64,000 nt of DNA from Alphaproteobacteria bacterium UBA3768 (lineage in GTDB: Bacteria > Pseudomonadota > Alphaproteobacteria > CAAHEQ01 > UBA3637). The stretch covers positions 28,755 to 92,754 of the forward strand of contig DFFU01000012.1 in the NCBI GenBank assembly GCA_002372315.1. The letters are read 5' to 3'. Each line of letters starts with the position of its first letter. Positions within the stretch are counted from its first letter, which is position 1. This document shows, one piece after another, positions 8,027 to 18,367 of this stretch. The position numbers were made by a program, and so were the translations under genes. A model generated the notes under the pieces. It saw nothing but the letters and a program-made list of their open reading frames with translations. It was not told the DNA's origin and did no database searches.

Positions 8027-11000
8027 TTATTTCTTTTTGTAAATCTTATCTACAATTGTTTGGATTAAAATGTAAAACAATGGAATAAAGAAAAGTCCCA
8101 AAATTGTGCCGATAGTCATACCAAAGAACACAGGTGTGCCCAATGATCGGCGAGAAGCACTTGCAGCCCCAGTGGCCCAAATCATGGGTAATACTCCCAA
8201 AATAAAGGTAAATGCAGTCATCAATACGGCGCGAAAACGTTGTACCAATCCTTGAACCCCAGATTGCACAATATCCGTTCCTTTACTGTGTTCATCTTTG
8301 GCAAATTCCACGATCAAAATAGCGTTTTTACTGGCCAATCCAATCAACAAAACTAATCCTAATTGGGCATAGATGGACATCGGTAATCCCATAATCCATA
8401 AGCCCAGTAATCCCCCGGAAACTGCAAAAATGACACTCATCAAGACGGGCATAGGTACAGACCAGCTTTCATATTGAGCCACTAAGAATAAATAAGCAAA
8501 AAGAACAGCCAATAAAACCAGATAACCTACTTGACCTTCATTTTGTTTTTCCTGATAACTCATGCCTGACCATTCAAAAGCATAATCAGCGGGAAGAACC
8601 TTTTGCGCTAATTCTTCCAAATGCTCCATGGCCGCACCAGAACTAACTTTGTCCGATTGAATGATTGTTAATCCTGCTGCAGGATATTGGTTATAGCGTG
8701 AAATTTGACGTGGAGAGAGCATTGAATGTACGGACACCAAAGTTTTTAAAGGTACCATTTTCCCCGTAGCGCTGGGAACATAAAGTTTGTCCATACTTTG
8801 TAAATTACGCCGGTATTTCCAATCTGATTGGATAATTACCTTATTTACTTGTGTTCCAAAGTTCACATCGTTGACATAGCCAGAGCCTAAATAATTTTCC
8901 AACGCATTAAAGACGTTTGCCATAGGTACATTCATGCTTTCGGCCTTCACACGATCTATTTCCAAAAATAAATTAGGGGTCTTGGATGTAAAGCTGGAAT
9001 AACCATATTGATAATTAAAATCGCCTTGAATAGCATCCAAAACACTGTTTGCGCTAGCTTCCAATCTATTATAGTCCAAATCATTTAAGGATTGAACCTT
9101 AAAATCTAAACCACCCGACATACCCAAACCAGGAATAGCGGGCATTTCAAATAATTGGAACTCTGCCTCTGGAATTTGTGCAAATTTTTGACGTAAAGAA
9201 TTTAAGATGGCTGTAGAATACAGATTTTTATCATTGCGCTTGTCCCATGGTTCCAACCCAATAACGCCCATTGCAACATTTTCACCAGCCCCCATCATCA
9301 TTGAAAAGCCTTCAATCACAATAAAATTTTTCACGCCTTTTTCTTTATCCAAAATAGGCATCATCTTTTGAACTACCTCGTCTGTACGCCCCATGGCAGC
9401 ACCTTCTGGTAAATTAATACTGACCAAGATCATGCCTTGATCTTCACTGGGTAAAAATGAAGTGGTCATTTGTTTGAACATCAGGGTAGAAATAGCGGTA
9501 AAAGCCAAAAATACAATCGCAATTAAAATAACTTTACGAGCAATAAGTAAAACCATTTTACGGGTTGCGTTGGTTGATTTTTCAATCATTTTGTTAAACC
9601 ATGCTAAGGGACCATGGTGTGCCATTGATGTTTTTTTAAAAAAGTGTGAGGCGATAGCTGGAGCCAATGTTAAAGCGCATAAAGTGGAAAAGCATACTGC
9701 AGAACAAATAGTAACCGAAAATTGTTGATAGATTTTACCTGTGATACCACTTAAAAATCCAATGGGAACGAATATGGCCAACAACACGAGCGTTGTGGCA
9801 ATCAGAGCACCTGAAATTTCACGCATTGTTTGTTCGGTGGCGGGCATCGATTGCATGTTTTCATTATTCATTAAATAGGCTACTCGTTCGGTAACGCAGA
9901 TGGCATCGTCCACCACGACACCAATGGCCAATAGCAGACCAAACAAAGTAAACATATTGATAGAATATCCCAAAATAGCCATGACCATAAAAGATGCCAA
10001 TAACGACACTGGAATTGTAATGGTTGGTACCAATGTGGCACGCCAGTCTTGTAGAAAAATATATACGACCAAAATCACCAATAAAAATGTTGCAATCAAG
10101 GTCCACGCAACTTCCTTGACAGAAGCGCTGATGTAATCGGTTGAATCCATGTTGATATTATACTCTAATCCTTTTGGAAAGAATTTAGAGAGTCGTTGCA
10201 ATTCCTTTCTGACCCGATCCATGGTGGATAGTGCATTGGCTCCAGAGGATAAGTTTATAAGCATAACTACTGATGGTGAATGATTATAATAGGCCTCATG
10301 TGAATAATCTTCAGATCCGATTTCAATACGTGCGACATCCTTTAAGCGCAATAACCCACCCTCATCATTTGTTCGGATAATAATGTTGCCGAATTCTTCG
10401 GGGGTTGATAAGCGTCCAGTTGTTTGTAGATTGTAAATCAAACCTTCAGAGTTATCATTGGGCCGAGCCCCTAATTTACCCAATGAGGGTTGATAGTTTT
10501 GACTTTGTATGGCCGAACGGACCACATTGGCGGATAGGTTAAGAGAGGCTAATTTGTCTGCATCTAACCATATACGCATACTTTTTTTGGCACCATAAAC
10601 GGTGACTTCTCCTGTTCCATCCAATTTAGAAAGAGGTTTTACGACATTGTTTTGCAAATAATCGTTGATGTCGCGTGGTGTCATACTGTTATCGGGTGAA
10701 TAAAAACTGATAAAAGCCAGCATATTACTGGATGATTTCATCACGCGCATACCATAACGTTGAACTTCTGCGGGCAATAATGATTGAACTTGTTGGATTC
10801 GGTTTTGTACTTTAACAGTTGCCATGTCAGGATCAGTGTCTGGTTTAAAGGTAATTGTCAGCATATAAGACCCATCCATGCTGTTGGATGACATATAAAT
10901 CATGTCATCCACACCATTGACGCCATCTTCCAATGGAATACCAACCGTTTTGGCAATTGTATCAGCGCTTGCCCCAGGGTAACTGGCACGAACACGTACT

Positions 11001-11128
11001 TCTGGAGGCGTGACATCAGGATACAAATCTACGGGTAAATTAAACAAACAAATAAAGCCTGCCAATGACAAAATGATGGCTAAAACAGCAGCAAAACGTG
11101 GACGCTTAATAAAAAATGATGAAAACAT
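8027..11128 (-). CDS. RND-family multidrug efflux transporter, inner-membrane permease (AcrB-like)
   Basis: 1033 aa with 12-TM architecture and two large periplasmic loops. N-terminus MFSSFFIKRPRFAAVLAIILSLAG is typical of the HAE1 family. Confidence 0.95.
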   Translation of the reverse strand: MFSSFFIKRPRFAAVLAIILSLAGFICLFNLPVDLYPDVTPPEVRVRASYPGASADTIAKTVGIPLEDGVNGVDDMIYMSSNSMDGSYMLTITFKPDTDPDMATVKVQNRIQQVQSLLPAEVQRYGMRVMKSSSNMLAFISFYSPDNSMTPRDINDYLQNNVVKPLSKLDGTGEVTVYGAKKSMRIWLDADKLASLNLSANVVRSAIQSQNYQPSLGKLGARPNDNSEGLIYNLQTTGRLSTPEEFGNIIIRTNDEGGLLRLKDVARIEIGSEDYSHEAYYNHSPSVVMLINLSSGANALSTMDRVRKELQRLSKFFPKGLEYNINMDSTDYISASVKEVAWTLIATFLLVILVVYIFLQDWRATLVPTITIPVSLLASFMVMAILGYSINMFTLFGLLLAIGVVVDDAICVTERVAYLMNNENMQSMPATEQTMREISGALIATTLVLLAIFVPIGFLSGITGKIYQQFSVTICSAVCFSTLCALTLAPAIASHFFKKTSMAHHGPLAWFNKMIEKSTNATRKMVLLIARKVILIAIVFLAFTAISTLMFKQMTTSFLPSEDQGMILVSINLPEGAAMGRTDEVVQKMMPILDKEKGVKNFIVIEGFSMMMGAGENVAMGVIGLEPWDKRNDKNLYSTAILNSLRQKFAQIPEAEFQLFEMPAIPGLGMSGGLDFKVQSLNDLDYNRLEASANSVLDAIQGDFNYQYGYSSFTSKTPNLFLEIDRVKAESMNVPMANVFNALENYLGSGYVNDVNFGTQVNKVIIQSDWKYRRNLQSMDKLYVPSATGKMVPLKTLVSVHSMLSPRQISRYNQYPAAGLTIIQSDKVSSGAAMEHLEELAQKVLPADYAFEWSGMSYQEKQNEGQVGYLVLLAVLFAYLFLVAQYESWSVPMPVLMSVIFAVSGGLLGLWIMGLPMSIYAQLGLVLLIGLASKNAILIVEFAKDEHSKGTDIVQSGVQGLVQRFRAVLMTAFTFILGVLPMIWATGAASASRRSLGTPVFFGMTIGTILGLFFIPLFYILIQTIVDKIYKKK

Positions 11129-12255
11129 TATTGCACCTCTGTTTGAATGGGGAAAATGGCTTGACCACTACGTAATTTTTGACCACCTGATAAAACGATT
11201 TTTTCATCCAATCCCAATCCTTCTACGATGATTTGACCATTTTGGGTTTCACCTTGAGTTACGTATTGTTGTACCACAGTATTGTCTTCATTGAGTTTCA
11301 TAACGTAACTGCCTGTTGCATCGTTATACAGAGCCGTTTGTGGAACCGTGATAACCTTTTGTGGTTTGCTATTTTGCCATAGTACATTCACATGATCATT
11401 GGGGATCAAGAAATCATTTGAATTTTCATATTCGGCGTATAGATTTATCGTTGCCGTTTGAATATCCATTTCATTATCTGCAAAAACTTTGCGTACAGGC
11501 AAAGGTAACACAGACCTATCATTGAGTTCGATTTGTAAATCCGGTAAATCAGCTATGCCTTTTTCTTGTAACATTTTTTTCATTTGTAAATGTTCTTTGT
11601 CAGTAATGGAAAAACTGATTTTAACAGGTGCTGTTTGAACAATGCGAGCCAATGCCACGTTTGCGGGGGTAACATAGTTTCCTTTGGTAATAAGTGCTTG
11701 CCCAATACGTCCAGAAATTGGGGCTTTAACAGAAGTGTGTTCCATATCAATTTGTGCTAAGTTGAGATTGGCTTTGGCCTGTTCTACAGCGGCTTGGGCC
11801 TGAGATAACCGACTTTCTGATTTTTCTAAATCAGCTGTTGAAACAAATTTGTCTTTATACAGTTCTGTTTGACGTTTATAATCACTTTTAAGTTGTTTGA
11901 GATCCGCTTCTGCTTTTGTTAAAGTCGCTTTGGCAACAGCTAAGTTTGCTTGATACTTATCAGGATCAATTAAAAATAAAACATCACCTTCTTGGACCAT
12001 TTGCCCGTCTTTAAATAAAACTTCTTTAATTTCTCCTGCAACTTGAGGTTTTATATCCACTGCATTGAGTGGTTTGACCAAGGCAATAAAACGTGTTTTG
12101 TCTTGAATTTCTTGTGAAGAGGCCGTTCCCACAGGAACATATGGCTTCGCCCCCATTGGCATAGTAGGTGTAGATGCTTTTTGATGGATGGCAAAATAAT
12201 AACCACCCCCAAAACCCAATGCAATAAAAACAGAAGCCAATAAAAATCTCCTCAT
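11128..12255 (-). CDS. RND efflux periplasmic adaptor (membrane fusion protein, AcrA-like)
   Basis: Its stop shares 1 nt with the permease start. Contains a lipoyl/hairpin/beta-barrel pattern (VKPQVAGEIKEVLFKDGQMVQEGDVLFLIDP, then a coiled-coil region, then APISGRIG). Confidence 0.9.
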   Translation of the reverse strand: MRRFLLASVFIALGFGGGYYFAIHQKASTPTMPMGAKPYVPVGTASSQEIQDKTRFIALVKPLNAVDIKPQVAGEIKEVLFKDGQMVQEGDVLFLIDPDKYQANLAVAKATLTKAEADLKQLKSDYKRQTELYKDKFVSTADLEKSESRLSQAQAAVEQAKANLNLAQIDMEHTSVKAPISGRIGQALITKGNYVTPANVALARIVQTAPVKISFSITDKEHLQMKKMLQEKGIADLPDLQIELNDRSVLPLPVRKVFADNEMDIQTATINLYAEYENSNDFLIPNDHVNVLWQNSKPQKVITVPQTALYNDATGSYVMKLNEDNTVVQQYVTQGETQNGQIIVEGLGLDEKIVLSGGQKLRSGQAIFPIQTEVQ

Positions 12256-12318
12256 TTATCCCCCTTTGTATATACAAGAAAATTTACACTATTTTTGGAA
12301 AAAAATCAAGCCCCCCTA

Positions 12319-13752
12319 CTAAAAGGGTTTAGGCCGTGGCACAGGTGGTATTTTACCAGCAAGATGTTGTTTGAAATCTGGATGGACAGTTTCAGCCCAA
12401 AATTGAAATTGCTCTAAATCAAAATCTTTGAGTTGTTTGGCCGAAATGACGTTCTTTCCAAAAGGATTGACTACTTTTTTATTTTTTAATACTTCAAAAT
12501 GCAGATGAGGTCCAGTTGACCGCCCCGTTGAACCCACATAGCCAATGACATCTCCCCGTTTAACTTTTGATTTGACCTTTAAATCAGCGCGGTAGCCATT
12601 GAGGTGAGCATAAGCGGTCTGATAACCATCTGCATGCTTTATACTGATGTATTTGCCATAAGAGCCTTTTCGTCCAATAGATTCAATAATACCATCTGCG
12701 GCTGCTTTAATGGGTGTATTTTTGGGGCATGCTAAATCCACTCCTTTATGAAAAATTTCATATTTTAAGATGGGATGTATACGGCGTCCATAAGGAGAGG
12801 AAAGACGCGCTTTCCCATCTATGGGGCGTTTTAATAATTGTTTGCCTGCACTTTTCCCACGTGCATCATAAAAGCTGGTTGTGCCATCTTTGGCGGTATA
12901 AGCATAGCGGTTAATCTGCAATGAACTACTTTTTAATCCAATAAAAAGCAATTGTTTTCCACCAATTTCTAATCCACCTTCGGTTTGCTTAAATTCTGCA
13001 ATAATGTCAAATTTTGTTCCTATTTGGATATCGGTTGAAAAGTCCACTTCACCATCGAGGGCGTTGATGACTTGGGTAATGAGTGATTTTGGAACATTTG
13101 CTTTTTGTGCTGATTTTGTAAAATTGGATTCAACCGTTCCCTGCCAACGATCTGTTTTTGTTTCTACACGGCCTGTGTGCGAAAAAGGAGTCCACGATCC
13201 ATCGGCTTCACGCAATACGGCCAAAGTTTCACCTTGTCCTGTCATCAATGAAATACCTACAACATCGGGTCCATCTTTAAAGAACATAAACTGCATACCA
13301 GGTTTTAAAGTTTTAAGGTTGATTAGTAATTCTAATCCATCCACGATTTGCACACGATCGGCAGTTGGAATACTTTCTTGGCTGAGAAGTGTCAACAGGC
13401 TTTCGCCTTTGTCCAATTGAACCATTTTAACCTTTAATTCACCCAGTTGAACACGTTGTTCTAACTCATTTAACGTTACATGCTCTTCTTTGAGAACGGG
13501 GGCATCTCCCAAATCCTCATGAACCACTTCTTCTGGTAGATCAGAAGTCTTTTCTGTTTCTGTGGTAGCAACGGGTTCTGGCTCTGATTTTTGTTGAGAA
13601 GGTGAGCAACGCATCAAAAATGGAAAGGTGGCAATACACAGCACCAACATCAATAACAGAGCAATACTGGATTGCTTGTTACGCATACTCTCATGCACCT
13701 GCACCAAACGCAAATTACGTGATGCTTTTTGAACGGTTTCTTTGAAATTCAT
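12319..13752 (-). CDS. M23-family metallopeptidase with N-terminal membrane anchor
   Basis: Contains HKGVDLACPKNTPIKAAADG, YAHL and GYVGSTGRSTGPHLHFEV, the HxxxD / HxH M23 signatures. Start choice is uncertain. Confidence 0.85.
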   Translation of the reverse strand: MNFKETVQKASRNLRLVQVHESMRNKQSSIALLLMLVLCIATFPFLMRCSPSQQKSEPEPVATTETEKTSDLPEEVVHEDLGDAPVLKEEHVTLNELEQRVQLGELKVKMVQLDKGESLLTLLSQESIPTADRVQIVDGLELLINLKTLKPGMQFMFFKDGPDVVGISLMTGQGETLAVLREADGSWTPFSHTGRVETKTDRWQGTVESNFTKSAQKANVPKSLITQVINALDGEVDFSTDIQIGTKFDIIAEFKQTEGGLEIGGKQLLFIGLKSSSLQINRYAYTAKDGTTSFYDARGKSAGKQLLKRPIDGKARLSSPYGRRIHPILKYEIFHKGVDLACPKNTPIKAAADGIIESIGRKGSYGKYISIKHADGYQTAYAHLNGYRADLKVKSKVKRGDVIGYVGSTGRSTGPHLHFEVLKNKKVVNPFGKNVISAKQLKDFDLEQFQFWAETVHPDFKQHLAGKIPPVPRPKPF

Positions 13753-13788
13753 GATTCTATCATAAAAAAATATTTATTTAATGTCAAA

Positions 13789-14736
13789 TTATTTTTTGAT
13801 TAAACTGTCAATAATGTGGATAGTATTGAGTGTCATACCCGTTTGGATATCATCACCAACTACCCAAAAATTTAAAGCATTCTCATGATAGTTGATATCC
13901 ATAATAAAGACTTTTGTTTCACTTAATGTAGCGGCACAAGAAAGAATAAATCCTTTTTCCTTGGTACCCATAACATGGATAAATGGATTATTTTGCCATA
14001 ATAAATCTAGGTGGGGAATTTTATGTTTAAGCTGACATGATACAAATAAACAAAATCCACGAAATACAGGAACAAAGCAATAATGAAAATCTATGGATAA
14101 ATCCAAAATATTTTGGATTTGACAGGGGCAGGTAAGAGGTTGAGGAACTTGAATTTGTGGAATTAAATTAAAGGCCAAAGGAGGATAATCTGATGTTGAT
14201 TCAACAGGAATTTGTGTGTACACGCTGCGTGTTTGTTCGCGCAACATTTTTGATGCTTCTTCATCCAAAAATGAAGTGCCAATAAGGGCAACTGATTCTA
14301 CTTTTATCAGCTGGTAAGGAATCAAATCAGATATAACATGACTTAAAATAACACTCATAGAAGTAGGGGCGCATAAAATGTGGTTTTTAACACTGGAAAT
14401 TTTATTTTCATTAAATGCAGGAACTATACAGGGTGCTTCGGATAAATATCCCGTACAATCAATTAACCAAGTATGTTTATGCAATTTTTTGCGGGGACAA
14501 AAACGAAGCATTTTTTTATCACATAATACAATGATGCAGGGTTGTTTCCAATCAAAAACTTTTAATGAAGTGATTCTTTTTTCTTCGCCTTTATAAAATT
14601 GTTTTTTTAATACTTTAGTGTGTTGATCCAATAAAAAGACCTGTTCTGACGGATAACCATGAATAGCCAATTGTTCCATAATGGCTTGTGCGGTGGGGCA
14701 TTGAACACCCAAGATAATTATTTTTACTGGTTGCAT
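13789..14736 (-). CDS. Aspartate-semialdehyde dehydrogenase / USG-1-like protein, apparently degenerate
   Basis: Length and layout resemble Asd/USG-1, but the N-terminus reads IIILGVQCPTAQAI instead of a GxxGxxG dinucleotide loop. Confidence 0.5.
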   Translation of the reverse strand: MQPVKIIILGVQCPTAQAIMEQLAIHGYPSEQVFLLDQHTKVLKKQFYKGEEKRITSLKVFDWKQPCIIVLCDKKMLRFCPRKKLHKHTWLIDCTGYLSEAPCIVPAFNENKISSVKNHILCAPTSMSVILSHVISDLIPYQLIKVESVALIGTSFLDEEASKMLREQTRSVYTQIPVESTSDYPPLAFNLIPQIQVPQPLTCPCQIQNILDLSIDFHYCFVPVFRGFCLFVSCQLKHKIPHLDLLWQNNPFIHVMGTKEKGFILSCAATLSETKVFIMDINYHENALNFWVVGDDIQTGMTLNTIHIIDSLIKK

Positions 14737-14848
14737 ATCATTTAGATAGAAAAAAATCCCCTAAAATAAAGCTGTTCTTTTGGGGGTAGGTTAATAAAAC
14801 TTGATTTATTTTTGAATTTGGAGCATAATGAAATAAAAAGGAGTTAAA

Positions 14849-15754
14849 ATGTCTGAAACAACGCAAAATTATACTTATCCTGAAAAGACATTAAAAATGG
14901 AAATGCCCTGTGTGGGCGTGTGCCTACACTGTGGTTTGCCTGTGCATATGAAATTGATCCCAGCCCAAAAAGGAACAGGCATACAATTTGTACGCATGGA
15001 TATTACCGATAAGAATAATGTTGTACCTGCCACTTATTTAAATGTAGCGGATGCGCGTTTGTGTACCAGCTTAGCCAACAAAGCGGGGGTAACTGTTTCC
15101 ATGATTGAACATTTGATGGGAGCATTACATGCTTTTGGTATTTCCAACTTGCGTGTGGAATTGGATGCACCTGAGGTTGCTTTGATGGATGGTTCAGCAC
15201 AAGATTACATTACTTTGATTGAATGTGCTGGGATTGTGGCACAAGATGCCCCTCAAAAAGCCATTAAAATTTTGAAAAAAGTAGAAGTTCAGGACGGGGA
15301 TGTATCTGTTTCTTTGTCGCCACATGATGGTGGTTTAGTTTTGGATACAATGATTGATTTTCCACAAAGTTCTGTTATTGGCCATCAAGAATACCATCTC
15401 GATTTGAATTTAGATAACTTTAAAGAATTGGTGGGACGTGCGCGCACTTTTGGTTTCGTGTCCGAAGTGGAACAATTGCGTGCTATGGGCTTGGCCAAGG
15501 GGGCCAGTTTGGAAAATGTGATTGCGGTGGAAAAAGATGGGGTCATGAACCCCGAAGGTTTGCGTAATCCCAAAGAATTTATTGCGCATAAAACATTGGA
15601 TGCAGTGGGTGATTTATATCAGCTCAATATGCCCGTCTTAGGGGCATTTAAGGGTGAGAAGTTTGGTCACCGTCACGTCAATCAATTATGGCGTAAATTG
15701 ATGGCGGACCATGAAGCTTATGAAATAGTTTTGTTGGATGAGGTCAATAAATAA
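14849..15754 (+). CDS. lpxC: UDP-3-O-acyl-N-acetylglucosamine deacetylase
   Basis: RBS AAGGAG upstream. Contains VGVCLHCGLPVHMKL, TVSMIEHLMGALHAFGISN and HKTLDAVGDL, the conserved LpxC blocks. Confidence 0.9.
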   Translation: MSETTQNYTYPEKTLKMEMPCVGVCLHCGLPVHMKLIPAQKGTGIQFVRMDITDKNNVVPATYLNVADARLCTSLANKAGVTVSMIEHLMGALHAFGISNLRVELDAPEVALMDGSAQDYITLIECAGIVAQDAPQKAIKILKKVEVQDGDVSVSLSPHDGGLVLDTMIDFPQSSVIGHQEYHLDLNLDNFKELVGRARTFGFVSEVEQLRAMGLAKGASLENVIAVEKDGVMNPEGLRNPKEFIAHKTLDAVGDLYQLNMPVLGAFKGEKFGHRHVNQLWRKLMADHEAYEIVLLDEVNK

Positions 15755-16464
15755 TCCAATGCCACTTGGGCGCAGGTTAATCCAAAGATTCCTGTAATGG
15801 TGGGCAGGGATCCCATTTGATGGCGTGCACGTCCCTTTTCGGGGAGTGAATCAGGTAGGGCTAGTTTGCTTTTATCTTGTGCTAATTCGGGTGAATAAAC
15901 AACAGGGAAATTTAAATCCACATTGCGCCTGCGCAAATACTTTCGAATGAAAGCCGCCAAAGGGTCGTTTTTTGTCTTTTTCATTTTTTCCACTTGAATT
16001 AGGTTTGTTTTTGTTTTAAGGGCAGCCCCCATACATGACACAAATGGAATTTTATTTTGAACCAGTGTTTCAATCAGGCATACTTTCGGATTTAAACTGT
16101 CAATCGCATCCACAACAAAATCAGGTTTTATTTTCAAAATTTCAGATACTGTTTTTTGATTGATGAGGATTTCATAAGTATCCACCTTGATTTCAGGGGC
16201 AATATCCAGTACACGCGCTTTAGCGACATCCACTTTTTTTTGTCCCAAAGTCGAATGAAGGGCAATCAGTTGGCGATTGATATTGCTAATACTGACTACA
16301 TCAAAATCAATCAAAGAAATATGACCAACGCCACCACGTGCCAAAGCCTCTAATGCGTAACTGCCAACAGCTCCACAGCCCACCACACAGATATGACTTT
16401 TTTGTAAGGTTTTTAATCCTTTTTCCCCCACCATTAAACGCATCCGAGAAAGTCTATCTTCCAT
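15718..16464 (-). CDS. tcdA: tRNA threonylcarbamoyladenosine dehydratase (ThiF/MoeB-fold, TcdA/CsdL)
   Basis: Contains VVGCGAVGSYALEALARGGVGHISLIDFDVVSISNINRQ, an E1-like Rossmann motif. Size (~250 aa) is typical of TcdA. Confidence 0.75.
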   Translation of the reverse strand: MEDRLSRMRLMVGEKGLKTLQKSHICVVGCGAVGSYALEALARGGVGHISLIDFDVVSISNINRQLIALHSTLGQKKVDVAKARVLDIAPEIKVDTYEILINQKTVSEILKIKPDFVVDAIDSLNPKVCLIETLVQNKIPFVSCMGAALKTKTNLIQVEKMKKTKNDPLAAFIRKYLRRRNVDLNFPVVYSPELAQDKSKLALPDSLPEKGRARHQMGSLPTITGIFGLTCAQVALDYLLTSSNKTIS

Positions 16465-17110
16465 TTAAAAACCTTTGAAAATTTTGATTGATTTGTTCGG
16501 CATTAACGCCCAATTGCATATATAAAAAGGGTAAATTGGCAGGACTGGGAAGTCCATCAGGTGCATCGCTTTCAATCAATAATCTATCCGTGGGGATTAA
16601 GGGAATTTTGCTAGTGCGATTTACTGAAAAATAAGCATTATAATCCGATAAAAAATGGATTATATTTTTGTCGCCCGAAAAGCCATGAAACAGATATTTT
16701 AAATCTTTGTGTCCTTTTAAAATGGGCAACATTTCACCCCAAGCACGTACACAATGCACATGTACAGGGCGCTTTAATTTTTCGGCAAGTTCCAGTTGCA
16801 GAATAAAAAGTTCTTCTTGCTTATAAAAATCATTTTTACATTTATCTAAACCAATTTCACCGATATGTACATCAATGTTTGATACCAATAAATTTTCCAA
16901 ATCAGAAATGACATTTTCTGGTAAATCTGATACATACCATGGATGAATACCAATGGCGTGAATGACATTTTTAACGGCCAATACATTCTGCCAATCTTTG
17001 GGGTTCGTTGCATTGCAAATAATTTGATTGATTCCAGCTGTTTTAGCCATATCAAATTCATTTTTATCCAATAAATGGCAATGCGCATCAGTGTAGGTCA
17101 TTACAGCCAT
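16454..17110 (-). CDS. TatD-family metal-dependent hydrolase
   Basis: N-terminal TDAHCHL motif, later HVHCV and ESDAPD motifs of the TatD amidohydrolase fold. Confidence 0.8.
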   Translation of the reverse strand: MAVMTYTDAHCHLLDKNEFDMAKTAGINQIICNATNPKDWQNVLAVKNVIHAIGIHPWYVSDLPENVISDLENLLVSNIDVHIGEIGLDKCKNDFYKQEELFILQLELAEKLKRPVHVHCVRAWGEMLPILKGHKDLKYLFHGFSGDKNIIHFLSDYNAYFSVNRTSKIPLIPTDRLLIESDAPDGLPSPANLPFLYMQLGVNAEQINQNFQRFLNGR

Positions 17111-18291
17111 CCGTCATCATTGTCTGATTTTGAATTGTTTTGTTCATTTTCTGGAGGTAATACTGTTTCTTCTGCACTTAATTGTGTCAGAGTACTATTG
17201 GGTATTTGGGGTTGTTTATCTACACTTGGTTCAAAGGTCTTATGCACTTGAAATGCGCCTTGAACCATTAAATGAATCATTCCTGTGGGCAAAATAATAC
17301 TTGTCATTACGAATATTATGCAAAACAGATAGAAAAAGATATAAAGATAGATTATAGGTACAATAGAAATTGACATTACAAAATGGAATCCGATTTGTTT
17401 AATGACAATCCTCACAAGCCCATAAATTATAAAAAAAAGTAACGTAAATAACAAAGTGAGTATGCGTCCAGTTGTTGTTTTAAAGCAGAATGTGACGATG
17501 GGGATACCAAAAATGAACGCAAAAATTATAAGTGGAATAATGGGTAAACCCGAACCGGCAGATGTCAATATAAAAGATGAAGCAATATCATTGCGGAATT
17601 CTTGTAAAATCCAATAAACCACAAAAGCAGGAATATAGGTTAAAATTAAAAACAAAAGACCAAGACCTACAATTTGTAAATAAACTAAGGGGTGTTTTAA
17701 TACTTGGAAAAGTTTATAGCCGAATCTTTGAAAATTAAAGTGCATAATATAGGCCATATAAAATGATGACCACAGATACCCCACAATAAGTGCAACACTA
17801 AGCATAGGTAACCCAGTCTTTAATATCAGTTGTAACCATGGAAATTTTGGTGAATTAGGGTGGGATAGGATAACAGGTAAAAAGGAATTTAATGTGTAGT
17901 TTTTGATATACGGACTGGCAAAATAAAGCCCAAGACTGGTAATGATACTCATGCAAAAAAAGGTCAAAAAGACCCGAATAAAAAATTCACTAGAAAATCT
18001 TGGGGGAAGGTTATATATACTTTGCTTTGCCCGAATATACAAATAGGAAAATAAAATGCTATATCCGATTGTTTGTCCTATATAAAGGGTAACCGCAATC
18101 TTTTCAAAATCTTTTGGGGTAGGTTCAATGTTGTTTTGAATCATGTACCAAATGGTTTCACCTATTCCAAAACTGCTCAAAATAATAATGAACAACAAAA
18201 TTGTTCCCAAAAAGAAACTGCGTTTGCAAAATGAAAAAGAGAGAGTATCAGCTAATGAAAGCATATAAAATCCTTTTGTTGATAAGGGCAT
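17101..18291 (-). CDS. Polytopic inner-membrane protein of unknown function
   Basis: 396-aa ORF dominated by about 9-10 hydrophobic helices with an acidic/polar C-terminal tail. No recognisable motif. Confidence 0.5.
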   Translation of the reverse strand: MPLSTKGFYMLSLADTLSFSFCKRSFFLGTILLFIIILSSFGIGETIWYMIQNNIEPTPKDFEKIAVTLYIGQTIGYSILFSYLYIRAKQSIYNLPPRFSSEFFIRVFLTFFCMSIITSLGLYFASPYIKNYTLNSFLPVILSHPNSPKFPWLQLILKTGLPMLSVALIVGYLWSSFYMAYIMHFNFQRFGYKLFQVLKHPLVYLQIVGLGLLFLILTYIPAFVVYWILQEFRNDIASSFILTSAGSGLPIIPLIIFAFIFGIPIVTFCFKTTTGRILTLLFTLLFFIIYGLVRIVIKQIGFHFVMSISIVPIIYLYIFFYLFCIIFVMTSIILPTGMIHLMVQGAFQVHKTFEPSVDKQPQIPNSTLTQLSAEETVLPPENEQNNSKSDNDDGWL

Positions 18292-18367
18292 TTTAGAAAG
18301 GATTTAATGAAAAATCAAGCAAAATCTTTTCTTGCAAAAAATCGTGAAATTGTGTATGTTTCAAACT

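Noticed and set aside
15718-15754. 37-nt convergent overlap of lpxC and tcdA as a regulatory antisense arrangement
   Set aside because: This is a plausible consequence of compact gene packing. There is no additional structure or motif in the overlap to support a specific mechanism.
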